A DNA stretch of 28,592 bases, taken from NCBI GenBank assembly GCA_038893995.1, contig JAWAQK010000031.1, positions 1 to 28,592 on the forward strand, in the 5' to 3' direction. A program made the position numbers and the translations under genes. The stretch comes from Candidatus Thorarchaeota archaeon (GTDB lineage Archaea; Asgardarchaeota; Thorarchaeia; Thorarchaeales; Thorarchaeaceae). The notes under the pieces are model-generated. The model was not told the origin of the DNA. It searched no databases and was given only the letters and a program-made list of their open reading frames with translations. Shown piece by piece: positions 8,233 to 17,957 of this stretch. How positions within the stretch are numbered: the first letter of the stretch is position 1; every line of letters begins with the position of its first letter.

Positions 8233-9285
8233 ATGTCAATCTTGATGATATCTCAGAGGTTTCTGCCATCAATCGGTGGTGTGGAGAAACACATCAGGGG
8301 GCTCAGCAGCACTCTATCGAGAATCGGGTACGAAACGACTGTCTTGACATGGGCTCATGCAAGGGGTCTTCCAACCGTGGAAACGGCGGATAACATCAAG
8401 ATCGTGAGGATCCCTCACGAGTACGGGAACCATCCAGTGCTGGGGCTCCTGTGGGTGCTGACAAACCGGAGACTCCTAGGGAACCCCAGACTAGTCCACA
8501 TACATGACCCCGTGCCGCTATTCTACTGGTATCTTCCTCTCAGAGTGTTATGGGCAAGGAAACCCGTATTCATGACGTTTCACGGTTTCGAGAGCGATCC
8601 TCCTAAGTTCAGGTTTGTACTCCTGAAGAGGGCTGCAAGCCTGCTAGTAGATGGAACCATGTGCATTGGGACCTTTCTGCGGTCTGTCTACCGAGCAGGG
8701 TGTGAGGACTATTCCCCCGGTGCTGTCGATACTGGTCGCCCGGGCGAGACAAGAGAGGGGGCCGTGTTTGTCGGTAGGCTTGAGAGGGACACGGGCATCC
8801 TGGAGTATATCGAAGCATTGATGAAACTGCGCGTCAATCACGGACACAGACTGACCCTTGTGGTCTGTGGTAGCGGTTCGCTAGAGGGAGAGATCTTGAG
8901 TATGGCAAGAGACCTCGGAGTCACCGTGGACCTCAGGGGAAAGGTTGAGGACCCATCTGATACTGTAGGGAGCAGTCGAGTCTCGTTCGCTGCGGGATAT
9001 CTGTCCATCCTCGAGGCCATGGCAGCTGGAACTCCCGTGGTAGGTGTGGCGCGGAGCCATCTGAAGATGGCCTATCTGAGCTTTGTGAGAGAGCTAGGGG
9101 GACCAATATCCGTCCAGTCAACCTCGGATGGGGTGGCACGAGAGGTGGCCAGGTTGCTAGATGACGAGCAGATGTGGCACCACATATCGAAAACATCCCG
9201 TGCCTTTGCAACCAGGTTCACCTGGGAGTACCTGGCTGGTCAGTACGTTTCTCTGTGGTCGGGACGGAGAACTCACCATAGGTGA
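8233..9285 (+). CDS. Glycosyltransferase family 4 (GT-B)
   Basis: N-terminal ILMISQRFLPSIGGVEKH, plus VFVGRLERDTG and SILEAMAAGTPVV. Start could be 8212, 8221 or 8233. Confidence 0.9.
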   Translation: MSILMISQRFLPSIGGVEKHIRGLSSTLSRIGYETTVLTWAHARGLPTVETADNIKIVRIPHEYGNHPVLGLLWVLTNRRLLGNPRLVHIHDPVPLFYWYLPLRVLWARKPVFMTFHGFESDPPKFRFVLLKRAASLLVDGTMCIGTFLRSVYRAGCEDYSPGAVDTGRPGETREGAVFVGRLERDTGILEYIEALMKLRVNHGHRLTLVVCGSGSLEGEILSMARDLGVTVDLRGKVEDPSDTVGSSRVSFAAGYLSILEAMAAGTPVVGVARSHLKMAYLSFVRELGGPISVQSTSDGVAREVARLLDDEQMWHHISKTSRAFATRFTWEYLAGQYVSLWSGRRTHHR

Positions 9286-9448
9286 CTGTAATGCAGAATC
9301 TGTTTCCAAAGATTCACCGGTTCAAGCATGATACCGCGTGTACATTTGCACAGTCATCCATTCGTAGACCTCAGGATCCTCCCCGTTGATGGCTTGGATC
9401 GACAATCCTGAAAACCACCTTGGGCACTCTTGACTGTATGATTAGGTC

Positions 9449-9901
9449 CTATGGAAAGGGACTTCGTGGGGCCTTGCTGCCGACTCCACTCACGTGAATC
9501 TCTTTCCATTCACCCCTGCTCTTCAGGTACTCGGCCCGCTCGGCAGCGTCGTGGAGCTCATCCACTATGCCTATGCAGTTGCCAGCAGAGTCTCTGAGAG
9601 GATAGATATACTCGTAGAGGATGCGTCCGCGATAGTTGACCCAGCTCTCAGATTGGCTGATTCTTCCTGATCTCAGATCATCGATCATCTTGAGTACTGC
9701 TGCTTCAGAGGCCTCACCATGACATCTCAGGATAGAGCTCCCGATTCGCTCCTTGGGATCCACCTGAAGCATCTCTCCTGCTCTCCTGTTGAACAGTATG
9801 ATTCTGTTTTCGTTGTCCACCACGACAACGCCCACCTTTATTGACTCGAACAACGCCTCGAATACTGCAAGTAGAGAACCCATCTTCATGTCTTTCGTCA
9901 T
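9449..9901 (-). CDS. Stand-alone PAS domain protein (PAS_10-like, with CH motif)
   Basis: ALFESIKVGVVVVDNENRIILFNR, IGSSILRCH and YPLRDSAGNCIGIV match the PAS/PAC pattern. No output domain is present. Confidence 0.85.
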   Translation of the reverse strand: MTKDMKMGSLLAVFEALFESIKVGVVVVDNENRIILFNRRAGEMLQVDPKERIGSSILRCHGEASEAAVLKMIDDLRSGRISQSESWVNYRGRILYEYIYPLRDSAGNCIGIVDELHDAAERAEYLKSRGEWKEIHVSGVGSKAPRSPFP

Positions 9902-9971
9902 TTCATCAATTCCTCTGACCCGTCGAACGGTGCTGGTCTCGAATGGGCTACTGCCATGAAATACATGATTC

Positions 9972-10289
9972 CTATCTTCTGGACAGATCTGATAGCTCCA
10001 CTGCTGAGCCTCTCAGACAGTAGTAGTCCCAGCGCAGGCTCATGGTCTTGGTAATCGCACACGTGGAACAGAGACAGCCCTCCCTCTCCGGTGTCATCGT
10101 GCGCCGGCCCAGTGTACAGTAGACTGCCTGATCCCCTTCAGCGGCCCTATTTGTTGGGCATCTCGGACACTTGCAGAAGTGAAGTACTTCCGCTGCGCTC
10201 CTCTTCATGTCCGCCTCGGACATGCCCGCCATGAGTGCCCTATACTTTGCCTCGAACGACTCCTTGTCCCATGTTTCGATGTCTGTCAT
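9972..10289 (-). CDS. Cys-rich DUF2769-like metal-binding protein
   Basis: Eight Cys in CKCPRCPT...YCTLG...GCLCSTC...YYCLRG, the pattern I recognise as DUF2769. Confidence 0.8.
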   Translation of the reverse strand: MTDIETWDKESFEAKYRALMAGMSEADMKRSAAEVLHFCKCPRCPTNRAAEGDQAVYCTLGRRTMTPEREGCLCSTCAITKTMSLRWDYYCLRGSAVELSDLSRR

Positions 10290-10641
10290 GAGTATCCCAT
10301 CGGTATTGCTGGACCCGAACGATCTCGTCTACTAATTAATCCGTTGATGATGGACGGGATTCTTGGTGGAGAACAGTCTTGTCCAAGGGACGATGTCCCA
10401 TTGATAATGAAACGGTCGTTGAACCGTAAGTGTTTCACATTGTCACTGAGGCAAGAGAGACTACCAGGCGGTGTAGCTGTGCAGGACCACGGGGAAGTGC
10501 CCCCAGCAAGCAGAGCCTCACAGACTCACCCTGTCAGAGAGGACTTGAACGCACATGATAATGTCGCCGCTACCAGGATAGTAGGAAATGCTAGGCGAAC
10601 CTCGCATAATGCTTTTGAATAGGGCGACCGAGACATGTACA

Positions 10642-11889
10642 ATGCTCAGAGTAGTCATGGTGTCGCCTCTGCCTCCAGAACAGACTGGGGAGTCGGAGTA
10701 TACTGCCTCGCTGATCCGGGAGTTGGAGAGAACGGGGAAGGTCGAGATAGTCGCGATAGCAGGAACGGGAGCGGCACCACTGGCCAGCGACAGAGGGCTC
10801 GTGCGGACTCTATCTGTGTGGAAGCATAGAAGCCTGCTATACCCCTTACGACTCTTTAGGGAGATAACGAGATCAAGACCACACATTGTACATGTCCAGT
10901 TTGGTCCTCACGGCAAGATCTATGGTGGACTATTCGGCGAGCTGATGTTGGTCCTGCTGGTATTACTGCGTGTGGGCGGTCTCAGGACAACGGTCACACT
11001 TCACAGCACATGGACGCTCTCCCAAGTCAGTGAGCGGGTCCGGTCATACGGCAAGATGGGCAGACTTGCGGTATTTGCGCCCGCCCTATTCAGACTCTAC
11101 ATGAGAGCTTTGGACATCGGTACGGACATGGTGCAGATCAGTACAGTCACTGAGGGATCCACCTTACGACGCGTGTTTCTCAATCAGTTCAAGTACGATC
11201 CGGCTAAGGTGACAGAGATTCCACATCCGTGCAGGGACGTGCATAGGACTCTCAGCCAAGACAGCGCGAGTCGTATCGAAGTCCCAAGAGGCGACATAGC
11301 CCTGGTGTTTGGATTCATACGCAGGGGGAAGGGACTAGAAACCGCGATATCAGCAATGAGATATGTTGTAGACTCGCTGCCATCTGCGATCCTCCTCGTT
11401 GCTGGACGCCCCATTGACGAGGATGGCGAGAGATACCTGGCAGAGATGAAAAGACTCGTTTCAGACGTGGGAGTCGCGGGAAACATACACTTCCTGACCA
11501 AGTTCGTACCCGATTCGGAGGTCGAGTCTCTGATTGCATCCGCTAGGCTGCTGCTCTTCCCCTATACGGAGAGTGTCGGAGCGAGCGGACCCATACATAA
11601 TCTCGCAGGCTACGGCAGGCCCATCGTTGCGTCTGATACGGGCTACCACATGCGAGAAGCGTTGGGCGGAAACCTCGTGCTATTCAGGGCAGGGGATCCG
11701 AGGGACCTGGCGGACAAGCTCCTGTACGTACTCTGTGACACGGATCGTGCAAAGAGTATCGGAGAGAGAATTGCCTCATATGCAAGGAGACAGGACTGGA
11801 GAACGGCCGCCGTCAGGACGCTAGGCCACTATCGCTCGGTCCTGAGCAGCGGGATGCGGATCTTCAAACACTCTGTGACAGACCGATAG
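10642..11889 (+). CDS. Glycosyltransferase family 4
   Basis: VMVSPLPPEQTGESEY, VHVQF, VTLH, IPHP, VFGFIRRGKGLE and LFPY..SVGASG. Start ATG 10642 has an AT-rich box about 22-30 bp upstream. Confidence 0.92.
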   Translation: MLRVVMVSPLPPEQTGESEYTASLIRELERTGKVEIVAIAGTGAAPLASDRGLVRTLSVWKHRSLLYPLRLFREITRSRPHIVHVQFGPHGKIYGGLFGELMLVLLVLLRVGGLRTTVTLHSTWTLSQVSERVRSYGKMGRLAVFAPALFRLYMRALDIGTDMVQISTVTEGSTLRRVFLNQFKYDPAKVTEIPHPCRDVHRTLSQDSASRIEVPRGDIALVFGFIRRGKGLETAISAMRYVVDSLPSAILLVAGRPIDEDGERYLAEMKRLVSDVGVAGNIHFLTKFVPDSEVESLIASARLLLFPYTESVGASGPIHNLAGYGRPIVASDTGYHMREALGGNLVLFRAGDPRDLADKLLYVLCDTDRAKSIGERIASYARRQDWRTAAVRTLGHYRSVLSSGMRIFKHSVTDR

Positions 11890-13131
11890 GAACTCATCTG
11901 CAAGATGACCCCATGAGTACCTGGACTCGATGAGACTACGCGCATTCCTTGCAAGTCTTTGACGTTCCTCCGTATTACTGCAGAGTCGGATCACATTCTC
12001 AACCAGTCCTTCAACGTCATTGGGGTCAACCAGACACCCAGTTTCAGAGTCAATGACCTCAGCAACTCCCGCGACCCTCGTTGCTACGACTGCACAGCCA
12101 GAGGCCATATATTCAAAGAGTTTGAGCGGAGATGCTGCATTGCCAGCAAGGGTGTCTGGAAAGATACACAGCGAGATGTCTGCGACGGCGTTAAACTTGG
12201 GCATCAACTCGAATGGTTGGAGGCCTGCTGCAACAAGAAGATGCGAAAGGCCGTCGTCATGGACCTTTTCGAGAAGTGGGGCAACACCGCTTCCAGTACC
12301 AACGAGCAGCAGCACCCACCGACCAGGAACTCTCTCAAGTCCCTTCACGAGGTCGTGCAAGACACCTATCCCTGCCCATTCCTCTATATGACCCGAGAAG
12401 AGAACGACGTGTGTGTTGTCTAGACGGTACTTGTGCCTAATGTCAGAGCAGTCGACAGCTGGGCTAAACATGTCGGGGTCCACACCATTGGGAATGACAT
12501 ATACCCTCTCCGGACTCACTCCACTGCGTACAAGCATTCTCCCCAGGTAGTTGGTGACCGTGAACACAGCATCGCATGAACGGTAGAGCCTTTTCTCGCC
12601 TATCCGGAAGAGTTTCATGGCAAGACTATGTCTCTTCTCAGCATCGAGTTCAGCGGCGTACTCTGACATCCAATCCGGGCATCCGACTAGCAGTCGCTTT
12701 CGTAGCAGCCTCGATGAGACGAACGACAGTGCGCCGACGATGGGGGACGCATGAGCTGAGATCACCAGATCGGGACCGAACCGGACCAGTTCGTATATAG
12801 ATGCGACTAGAAAGCGAGCCACAGTGAGGACGTATGCCAGTGGAACAAACCGCCCCCATAACCACTTCAGGAAACTGTCCGCAAACAGATACGTCACGGT
12901 GATGTTATGGTGAGGTGGAGTCGGGGGATGTACCCAGTTCAGCTTGTATCGCCATCTTCGTGGACGCTTTCTGAGGAGGTACCTCAGAGGCTGAGACGCG
13001 ATGAAATGTACTCGCACATCACGACGGGCGACACGCGTGCACAGTTCGTATATGGTCCTGTCAGATCCGAGGTATGGGGGAAAGTGTTCGACGAAGACGA
13101 CAATTCGCTCTAGTCTGCTCGTGTGGGCCAA
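11821..13131 (-). CDS. Glycosyltransferase family 4
   Basis: EHFPPYLG, VIPNGVDPDMFSP, FSGHIEEWAG, SPLKLFEYMASG and YSW. Confidence 0.92.
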   Translation of the reverse strand: MAHTSRLERIVVFVEHFPPYLGSDRTIYELCTRVARRDVRVHFIASQPLRYLLRKRPRRWRYKLNWVHPPTPPHHNITVTYLFADSFLKWLWGRFVPLAYVLTVARFLVASIYELVRFGPDLVISAHASPIVGALSFVSSRLLRKRLLVGCPDWMSEYAAELDAEKRHSLAMKLFRIGEKRLYRSCDAVFTVTNYLGRMLVRSGVSPERVYVIPNGVDPDMFSPAVDCSDIRHKYRLDNTHVVLFSGHIEEWAGIGVLHDLVKGLERVPGRWVLLLVGTGSGVAPLLEKVHDDGLSHLLVAAGLQPFELMPKFNAVADISLCIFPDTLAGNAASPLKLFEYMASGCAVVATRVAGVAEVIDSETGCLVDPNDVEGLVENVIRLCSNTEERQRLARNARSLIESRYSWGHLADEFLSVCHRVFEDPHPAAQDRAIVA

Positions 13132-13324
13132 TGTGACATCAGTCTACCCCGAGGGAGGGACGCATTTAAGGCGAACTCATGCGGACTGGTCATGATCGTT
13201 CTGGGTTTACCTCCGGCGGTACATCGTTGAACAGATGATCAAGAGACTGGACTCAAGACAGCAGTGTGATGTCCCATCTCCAGTCTGACCTCTTGCTACA
13301 ACCAAAGCCATTGTGTCTCTGCAC

Positions 13325-14854
13325 TCAGCTCGAACAGAAACGTTCCAGTCGATTTAGCAGACCCTGAAGGCGCGATGGTACTACGGCTCGGACCACGTCC
13401 AGATCGTAGTGACGGATCTCCCGTAAGAGGAACAGAAGAGCTGCTGTGACAGCCAGCGACAAGAGAATGAATGATAGCACAGGTAGTAGGCCAGAAGGAG
13501 ACACTAATAGCATGAGGTAACCCGACAGCAGCGAAGCAGATCCGATACGGACTGCTGACCCGACCAATGATCCACTCAATCGTACCCCTCTCTGTCTTGC
13601 TCGGCCCACAGCAGTGAGGAAGAGTAACGTGATATAGAAACACCGTGTCACGGAGGCACCCAGCAGTCCGAGGGCAGCGGTCAGATACCAGCAACCTACC
13701 ACCTCAACGAATATCACGAACAGACTCACAGACCAGAAGTAACGAGACTCTCCCACTGACCTTAACACTGAGTGCAGCGCGTAGACAAGCCCCCACAAGA
13801 CATAGAAGATGATGAGCGACGCGAACGACAACGACGCGTATGGAAAGTGAGCATATGAAGATCCGACAAGGACCTGCAGGACCAGTTCGGCGTTCACCGC
13901 AACTATGATGGCACCAGGCAATAGGAGAAGTAGGACGTATCTGAGCAGCATTGATGTGGCATGACTCAGCGCATCATTCTCACGCCTGGATGAAGATACT
14001 GTGTGCTGGACCCTTGTCAGGATGGGATAGAGCGAGACCGAGATGCTGATCGAGACAAAACTCATCATGAAGAGAAGTCCGAGCAGAACATCATAGACTC
14101 CGAGGACCGACAGATCGGTCTGGTAGAACAGAATGACTCGGTCCAGATTCTGGATTGCCACGTCAGTCGTCTGGAATATGAGGCTGGGCATACCAAAGGC
14201 CAGGACGGGACGCATGTCTATCTTCGTGCTCACCGATGGCAGTCCCTTGGTGGATGAGTTCACATAGAGGACAAATTCTGCCAGCTCCGCTGTTGCCCAG
14301 CCGATGACGACACCCATGACACCCAGTCTACTCAAGACTAGCACAGTGGCGACAGTCATTCGGACTAACTCAAACGTGGTCCTCCCGACGATAAGATCTC
14401 GGACACGGTATCTACCCATGAGAAACGAGTCGAGCAACACGTTCAAAGAGGAGAGGGGTGCAATGAAGAGGATGAGAAATAGAATCTCGTTCCTGAGTGC
14501 GGCCACTGTGATTATCAGAGGAGATATCACCAACAACACCGAATCAAGTAGCAGTGAGATCGCGAACACTATTCTTGCTGACTGATGAAGAAAGCTCCTG
14601 ATGGACCCCCCATCACCCATGGCGTCGGCTCTTGCGACGATCCGAGGTGCTGCGTGGTTCAGTCCAGCGGCTCCGAGGAATTGCATCACACCATAGATGA
14701 TCCCCACTATCGCGACCTGACCCATCTCTGACTGCAACATGAGTCGTGTGAGGAGCATTACCACGATAACCCGAGAGAGACCTAGGAAGACGGCCTGAGT
14801 CAGAAAGGCGGAGGTCCCCCTTGCAGCAGTTGCAGTGAGATTGTCTGAGGACAT
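13325..14854 (-). CDS. MOP-superfamily oligosaccharide/polysaccharide flippase (Wzx/RFT1-like)
   Basis: Many hydrophobic helices, plus LTRLMLQSEMG, NLDRVIL..LGVY, LYPILT and LGLLGAS. Start ATG 14854 (MSSDNL); the ORF-track extension to 15052 looks non-coding. Confidence 0.87.
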   Translation of the reverse strand: MSSDNLTATAARGTSAFLTQAVFLGLSRVIVVMLLTRLMLQSEMGQVAIVGIIYGVMQFLGAAGLNHAAPRIVARADAMGDGGSIRSFLHQSARIVFAISLLLDSVLLVISPLIITVAALRNEILFLILFIAPLSSLNVLLDSFLMGRYRVRDLIVGRTTFELVRMTVATVLVLSRLGVMGVVIGWATAELAEFVLYVNSSTKGLPSVSTKIDMRPVLAFGMPSLIFQTTDVAIQNLDRVILFYQTDLSVLGVYDVLLGLLFMMSFVSISISVSLYPILTRVQHTVSSSRRENDALSHATSMLLRYVLLLLLPGAIIVAVNAELVLQVLVGSSYAHFPYASLSFASLIIFYVLWGLVYALHSVLRSVGESRYFWSVSLFVIFVEVVGCWYLTAALGLLGASVTRCFYITLLFLTAVGRARQRGVRLSGSLVGSAVRIGSASLLSGYLMLLVSPSGLLPVLSFILLSLAVTAALLFLLREIRHYDLDVVRAVVPSRLQGLLNRLERFCSS

Positions 14855-15104
14855 CCTGACCCAGTCCACTAGATGCCACATCCGAGATGCTTTTGAATTT
14901 GTGCTAGGACCGTTGACTCTTGACCTCCAGTCCGCGGCCACACCGATCTGAGAGAGAACGCCTTCAGCCTTGCTGCGGCACCGCCCACCTATAGGGCACA
15001 ATCGCCGCCTAGCGAGGCAGAAGACGGGCTGACAGGCTATATCCTGCAACAATCATCATGTGAAGGATACGCGTGCTTGACCCGTTACAGTGAATCGAGG
15101 ACTG

Positions 15105-17219
15105 TCAAGTAGGACCTGTCTGTTCTGAGTCTTGAGTCGGATACTGGGAACGCCTTTCCACGTCCGGACAATTGGGGGGCACCATGTCGTCATGCCGTAG
15201 TTCCCTAATGATGATGATGCAGGCTGCAAGGGACAATCCCCCAGTCAGGAGGATGACCAACAGATTTGCCAGACTGGGAAACTCCATATCGACCGTACAC
15301 ATATAGTCGATGACGTACTCAGCCCGTACCGACCTTTGTGGAAATATGATTATGATCAGTTCAGTTATGACTCCACCAGCTGGATCGGTGTTCCAGAACC
15401 CGATGGAGTGTGTCCACAGGATGAAGGTGAGATTCGTGAAGATGCCTGTTGATGCAACAATCGTACCATTGATTGAGCCTCCGGTTGTATTGAGTCCTCT
15501 GTAATCGAGTTGGAACCGTGCAAGCTGTCCGAAGGTGGGATTCCATGACGATCCTATGCGGACAACAAAGTCCGTATTGGTGTCGAAGGGGATTTCTGTA
15601 CAAGTCGTGAAGAGTATTGTGACATTCGCTAGTAGCGTAGTATTCTCGACCGAGGTAGTATCGAACCAGTAGCGGCCGACGCCGCCTTCGATGTCGACGC
15701 CCGCATGGACTGATGCAGGATCGACTTCAGGAATGGATGAGTTCACAGAGACCGTCCAGTTTCCGGCTGTCTCGAAGTCATTGACCCAAGTCCTCTGCTC
15801 GGGAAGACCTGAACTGACGAAGCTATCGTGAGTGTACCCTGGATGGAGCAGCAAGAGCGACAGTACCACAATGATCCCGGTACGGCGGTCCCGCATCAAG
15901 AGGAAAAGAGGGATAGACCAGAGAAGGTACCAACCATAGAAGACATCACGAATCATCGTCGTCAGTAGAAACACAACACCCATCACAAGTATCAACAGGT
16001 CGTTTACTGAAACGGTACGGCGTCGACCGGTCCTACGATCACTCCAGGAGAAATAGGCAACGCAGAGGCCAGCAGCTGACGTACTTGCCCCCCTCACAAT
16101 GCCGACATCGGCAGGATACCGCCAGTACGCGACTTTCGATATCGGCAAGAGCGGATAGGTCGCAGCAACTATACCGAGCAGTGCAATGATCACTCCCAGC
16201 GCAAACGACACAGACAGGTAGGACATTCCAGGAATGCGGCCACACCTGTCCGTCATTACTCTCATGACTGTCACATACGCCGCTACGACGCAGGCGAGCG
16301 AGAGTAGCGCTGTGGGAACGAGGATGTTGTGTAGGCCTATGAACATCAAGGCGAACGCAATAATTGATTCCAGAGAGATTGAGGGTCCAGGCGGGACCAC
16401 ATCACTCACGCACAGAAGCTCGAGCAGGGCGATTGGAATGAATGTCAATACCCCCGCACCCAGAACGAACATCGTGAACTCGGCCCGAGTCCTGCGGCCT
16501 CTGAGATACAGCAGCATCAGTGGTAGAGCAAATAGGGGATACACCTTGGTCGCAACCGCAAGTCCCAACATTACACCCGAGAGGCGATGTCTGTTCTCCA
16601 GCAGGAACCAGACGGCCAGAAGCACCAGCACATTGACGAGGGGCTCAAAGTGGGCATTCCAACCAGACTCGAGTACCGAGAGCGGTAGGAAGGCATACGC
16701 GAGTGCAACGAGTGCACCCTGGCCGGACATACCCGTTCGTTCGGCAAGTCTCCATAGTAGGATCGCCACGATGCAGTCCAACGAGGCAGAGAGCAACCGC
16801 AACGAGTGGAGAGTAGGAGACACATAGGTCAGTGCAAGAATCACATAGGCGAAGACTGGTGGATAGGGGAAGTAGAAGCCGAAATATGGCCTGAGTCCCG
16901 ACCTCATGAACTTCCCGAAATCAAGATACCATAGCGGATCGAGAGATATCAGGTCGTTGATATCTATCATGATGAGGCGCAGGGCAAGTGTCATGACCAC
17001 AATGCAGACCATTCCTCTCGATCCATGAAACATGGGGGGCGTACGCCGAGTGCGCCACATCCTCAGCAAGAGAGCGACAAGCGCTGCATACGCGAAGGTC
17101 CAGGCGTACACAAGGACGAAGAACGGGTACATGACAGCACCCGTCTGTCTCAGGGCAAGGACAACAGCGAAGTTGAGTACCACGACAAGGACCATGAGTA
17201 CCTCTTCGGACCTGACCAA
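15105..17219 (-). CDS. GT-C membrane glycosyltransferase (GT87/DUF2029/PIG-M-like) with a C-terminal extracellular domain and final TM helix
   Basis: DPLWY...GLRPY...YPP, YAFLPLSVLESGWNAHFEP, GLAVATKVYP and WYLLWSIP. TTG start at 17219 follows GAGGGAG, just downstream of the GT2 stop; the ORF-track start at 17561 lies inside the GT2 gene. Confidence 0.82.
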   Translation of the reverse strand: MVRSEEVLMVLVVVLNFAVVLALRQTGAVMYPFFVLVYAWTFAYAALVALLLRMWRTRRTPPMFHGSRGMVCIVVMTLALRLIMIDINDLISLDPLWYLDFGKFMRSGLRPYFGFYFPYPPVFAYVILALTYVSPTLHSLRLLSASLDCIVAILLWRLAERTGMSGQGALVALAYAFLPLSVLESGWNAHFEPLVNVLVLLAVWFLLENRHRLSGVMLGLAVATKVYPLFALPLMLLYLRGRRTRAEFTMFVLGAGVLTFIPIALLELLCVSDVVPPGPSISLESIIAFALMFIGLHNILVPTALLSLACVVAAYVTVMRVMTDRCGRIPGMSYLSVSFALGVIIALLGIVAATYPLLPISKVAYWRYPADVGIVRGASTSAAGLCVAYFSWSDRRTGRRRTVSVNDLLILVMGVVFLLTTMIRDVFYGWYLLWSIPLFLLMRDRRTGIIVVLSLLLLHPGYTHDSFVSSGLPEQRTWVNDFETAGNWTVSVNSSIPEVDPASVHAGVDIEGGVGRYWFDTTSVENTTLLANVTILFTTCTEIPFDTNTDFVVRIGSSWNPTFGQLARFQLDYRGLNTTGGSINGTIVASTGIFTNLTFILWTHSIGFWNTDPAGGVITELIIIIFPQRSVRAEYVIDYMCTVDMEFPSLANLLVILLTGGLSLAACIIIIRELRHDDMVPPNCPDVERRSQYPTQDSEQTGPT

Positions 17220-17242
17220 TCGTGCTCCCTCAGTGATTTGCC

Positions 17243-17938
17243 TTACTCCCTCCCCAGAACACGTGCGACGAACAGATGGACTAGTAGACTGAGATACCTG
17301 ACGACAGTACGTCCACCGAACTTGCTCTTTCCGCGTCGACGGTCTCGGAATACTATCGGGACCTCGGCCACACGAATGCCACGGTTCCTGACAATCAGCT
17401 CGAGAAGAAACTTGTAGTCTCCGTGTCTGAATCCATGTGCTAGCAGGTGAGGATCTCGGCTTGCGACGAATCCGCTCATCGGGTCTCTGACCGAAAGACC
17501 AAACAGGATCCGCGCCATCAGGGTGGCGACACGGCTCACTGCAACTCGGCTGCCAGGCCAACCAATAACGGAACCACCCTCGATATAGCGCGAGCCGACT
17601 ACAACATCGAAACCCTCTGCAAGCCTTGACAACATTGAGGGAATGTGACAGGGGTCGTGTGAGAGGTCAGCATCCATGACGACTGTGGGGCCGTCTCTTG
17701 CCTGTGAAGCACCCAGTCTGACGGCACTTCCTAGTCCCCTCTCATGTCTTCGAACAATGAGCTGTACGTTCGGATACCTCTCTGCAGCTGATCGGACTAC
17801 TTCGTGGGTGCCATCTACACTATTATCGTCGACCACTATCACTGCCGTGCTCTCTCTGTCAAGAACTCCGTATATGCGCTCGATCAACAGGCCAATGTTA
17901 TCGACCTCGTTCAGAGTGGGTACCACTATCGTCGTCAT
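17243..17938 (-). CDS. Polyprenol/dolichol-phosphate mannose synthase-like GT2 (DPM1-like)
   Basis: IVVPTLNE, VVDDNSVDGT, RGLGSA, VMDADLSH, VVGSRY, DPMSGF and EVPIVFRDRRRGKSK. No C-terminal GtrA/TM domain. Start at 17938 or 17986. Confidence 0.92.
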   Translation of the reverse strand: MTTIVVPTLNEVDNIGLLIERIYGVLDRESTAVIVVDDNSVDGTHEVVRSAAERYPNVQLIVRRHERGLGSAVRLGASQARDGPTVVMDADLSHDPCHIPSMLSRLAEGFDVVVGSRYIEGGSVIGWPGSRVAVSRVATLMARILFGLSVRDPMSGFVASRDPHLLAHGFRHGDYKFLLELIVRNRGIRVAEVPIVFRDRRRGKSKFGGRTVVRYLSLLVHLFVARVLGRE

Positions 17939-17957
17939 ACAGGTTATCCTTCTTGTC

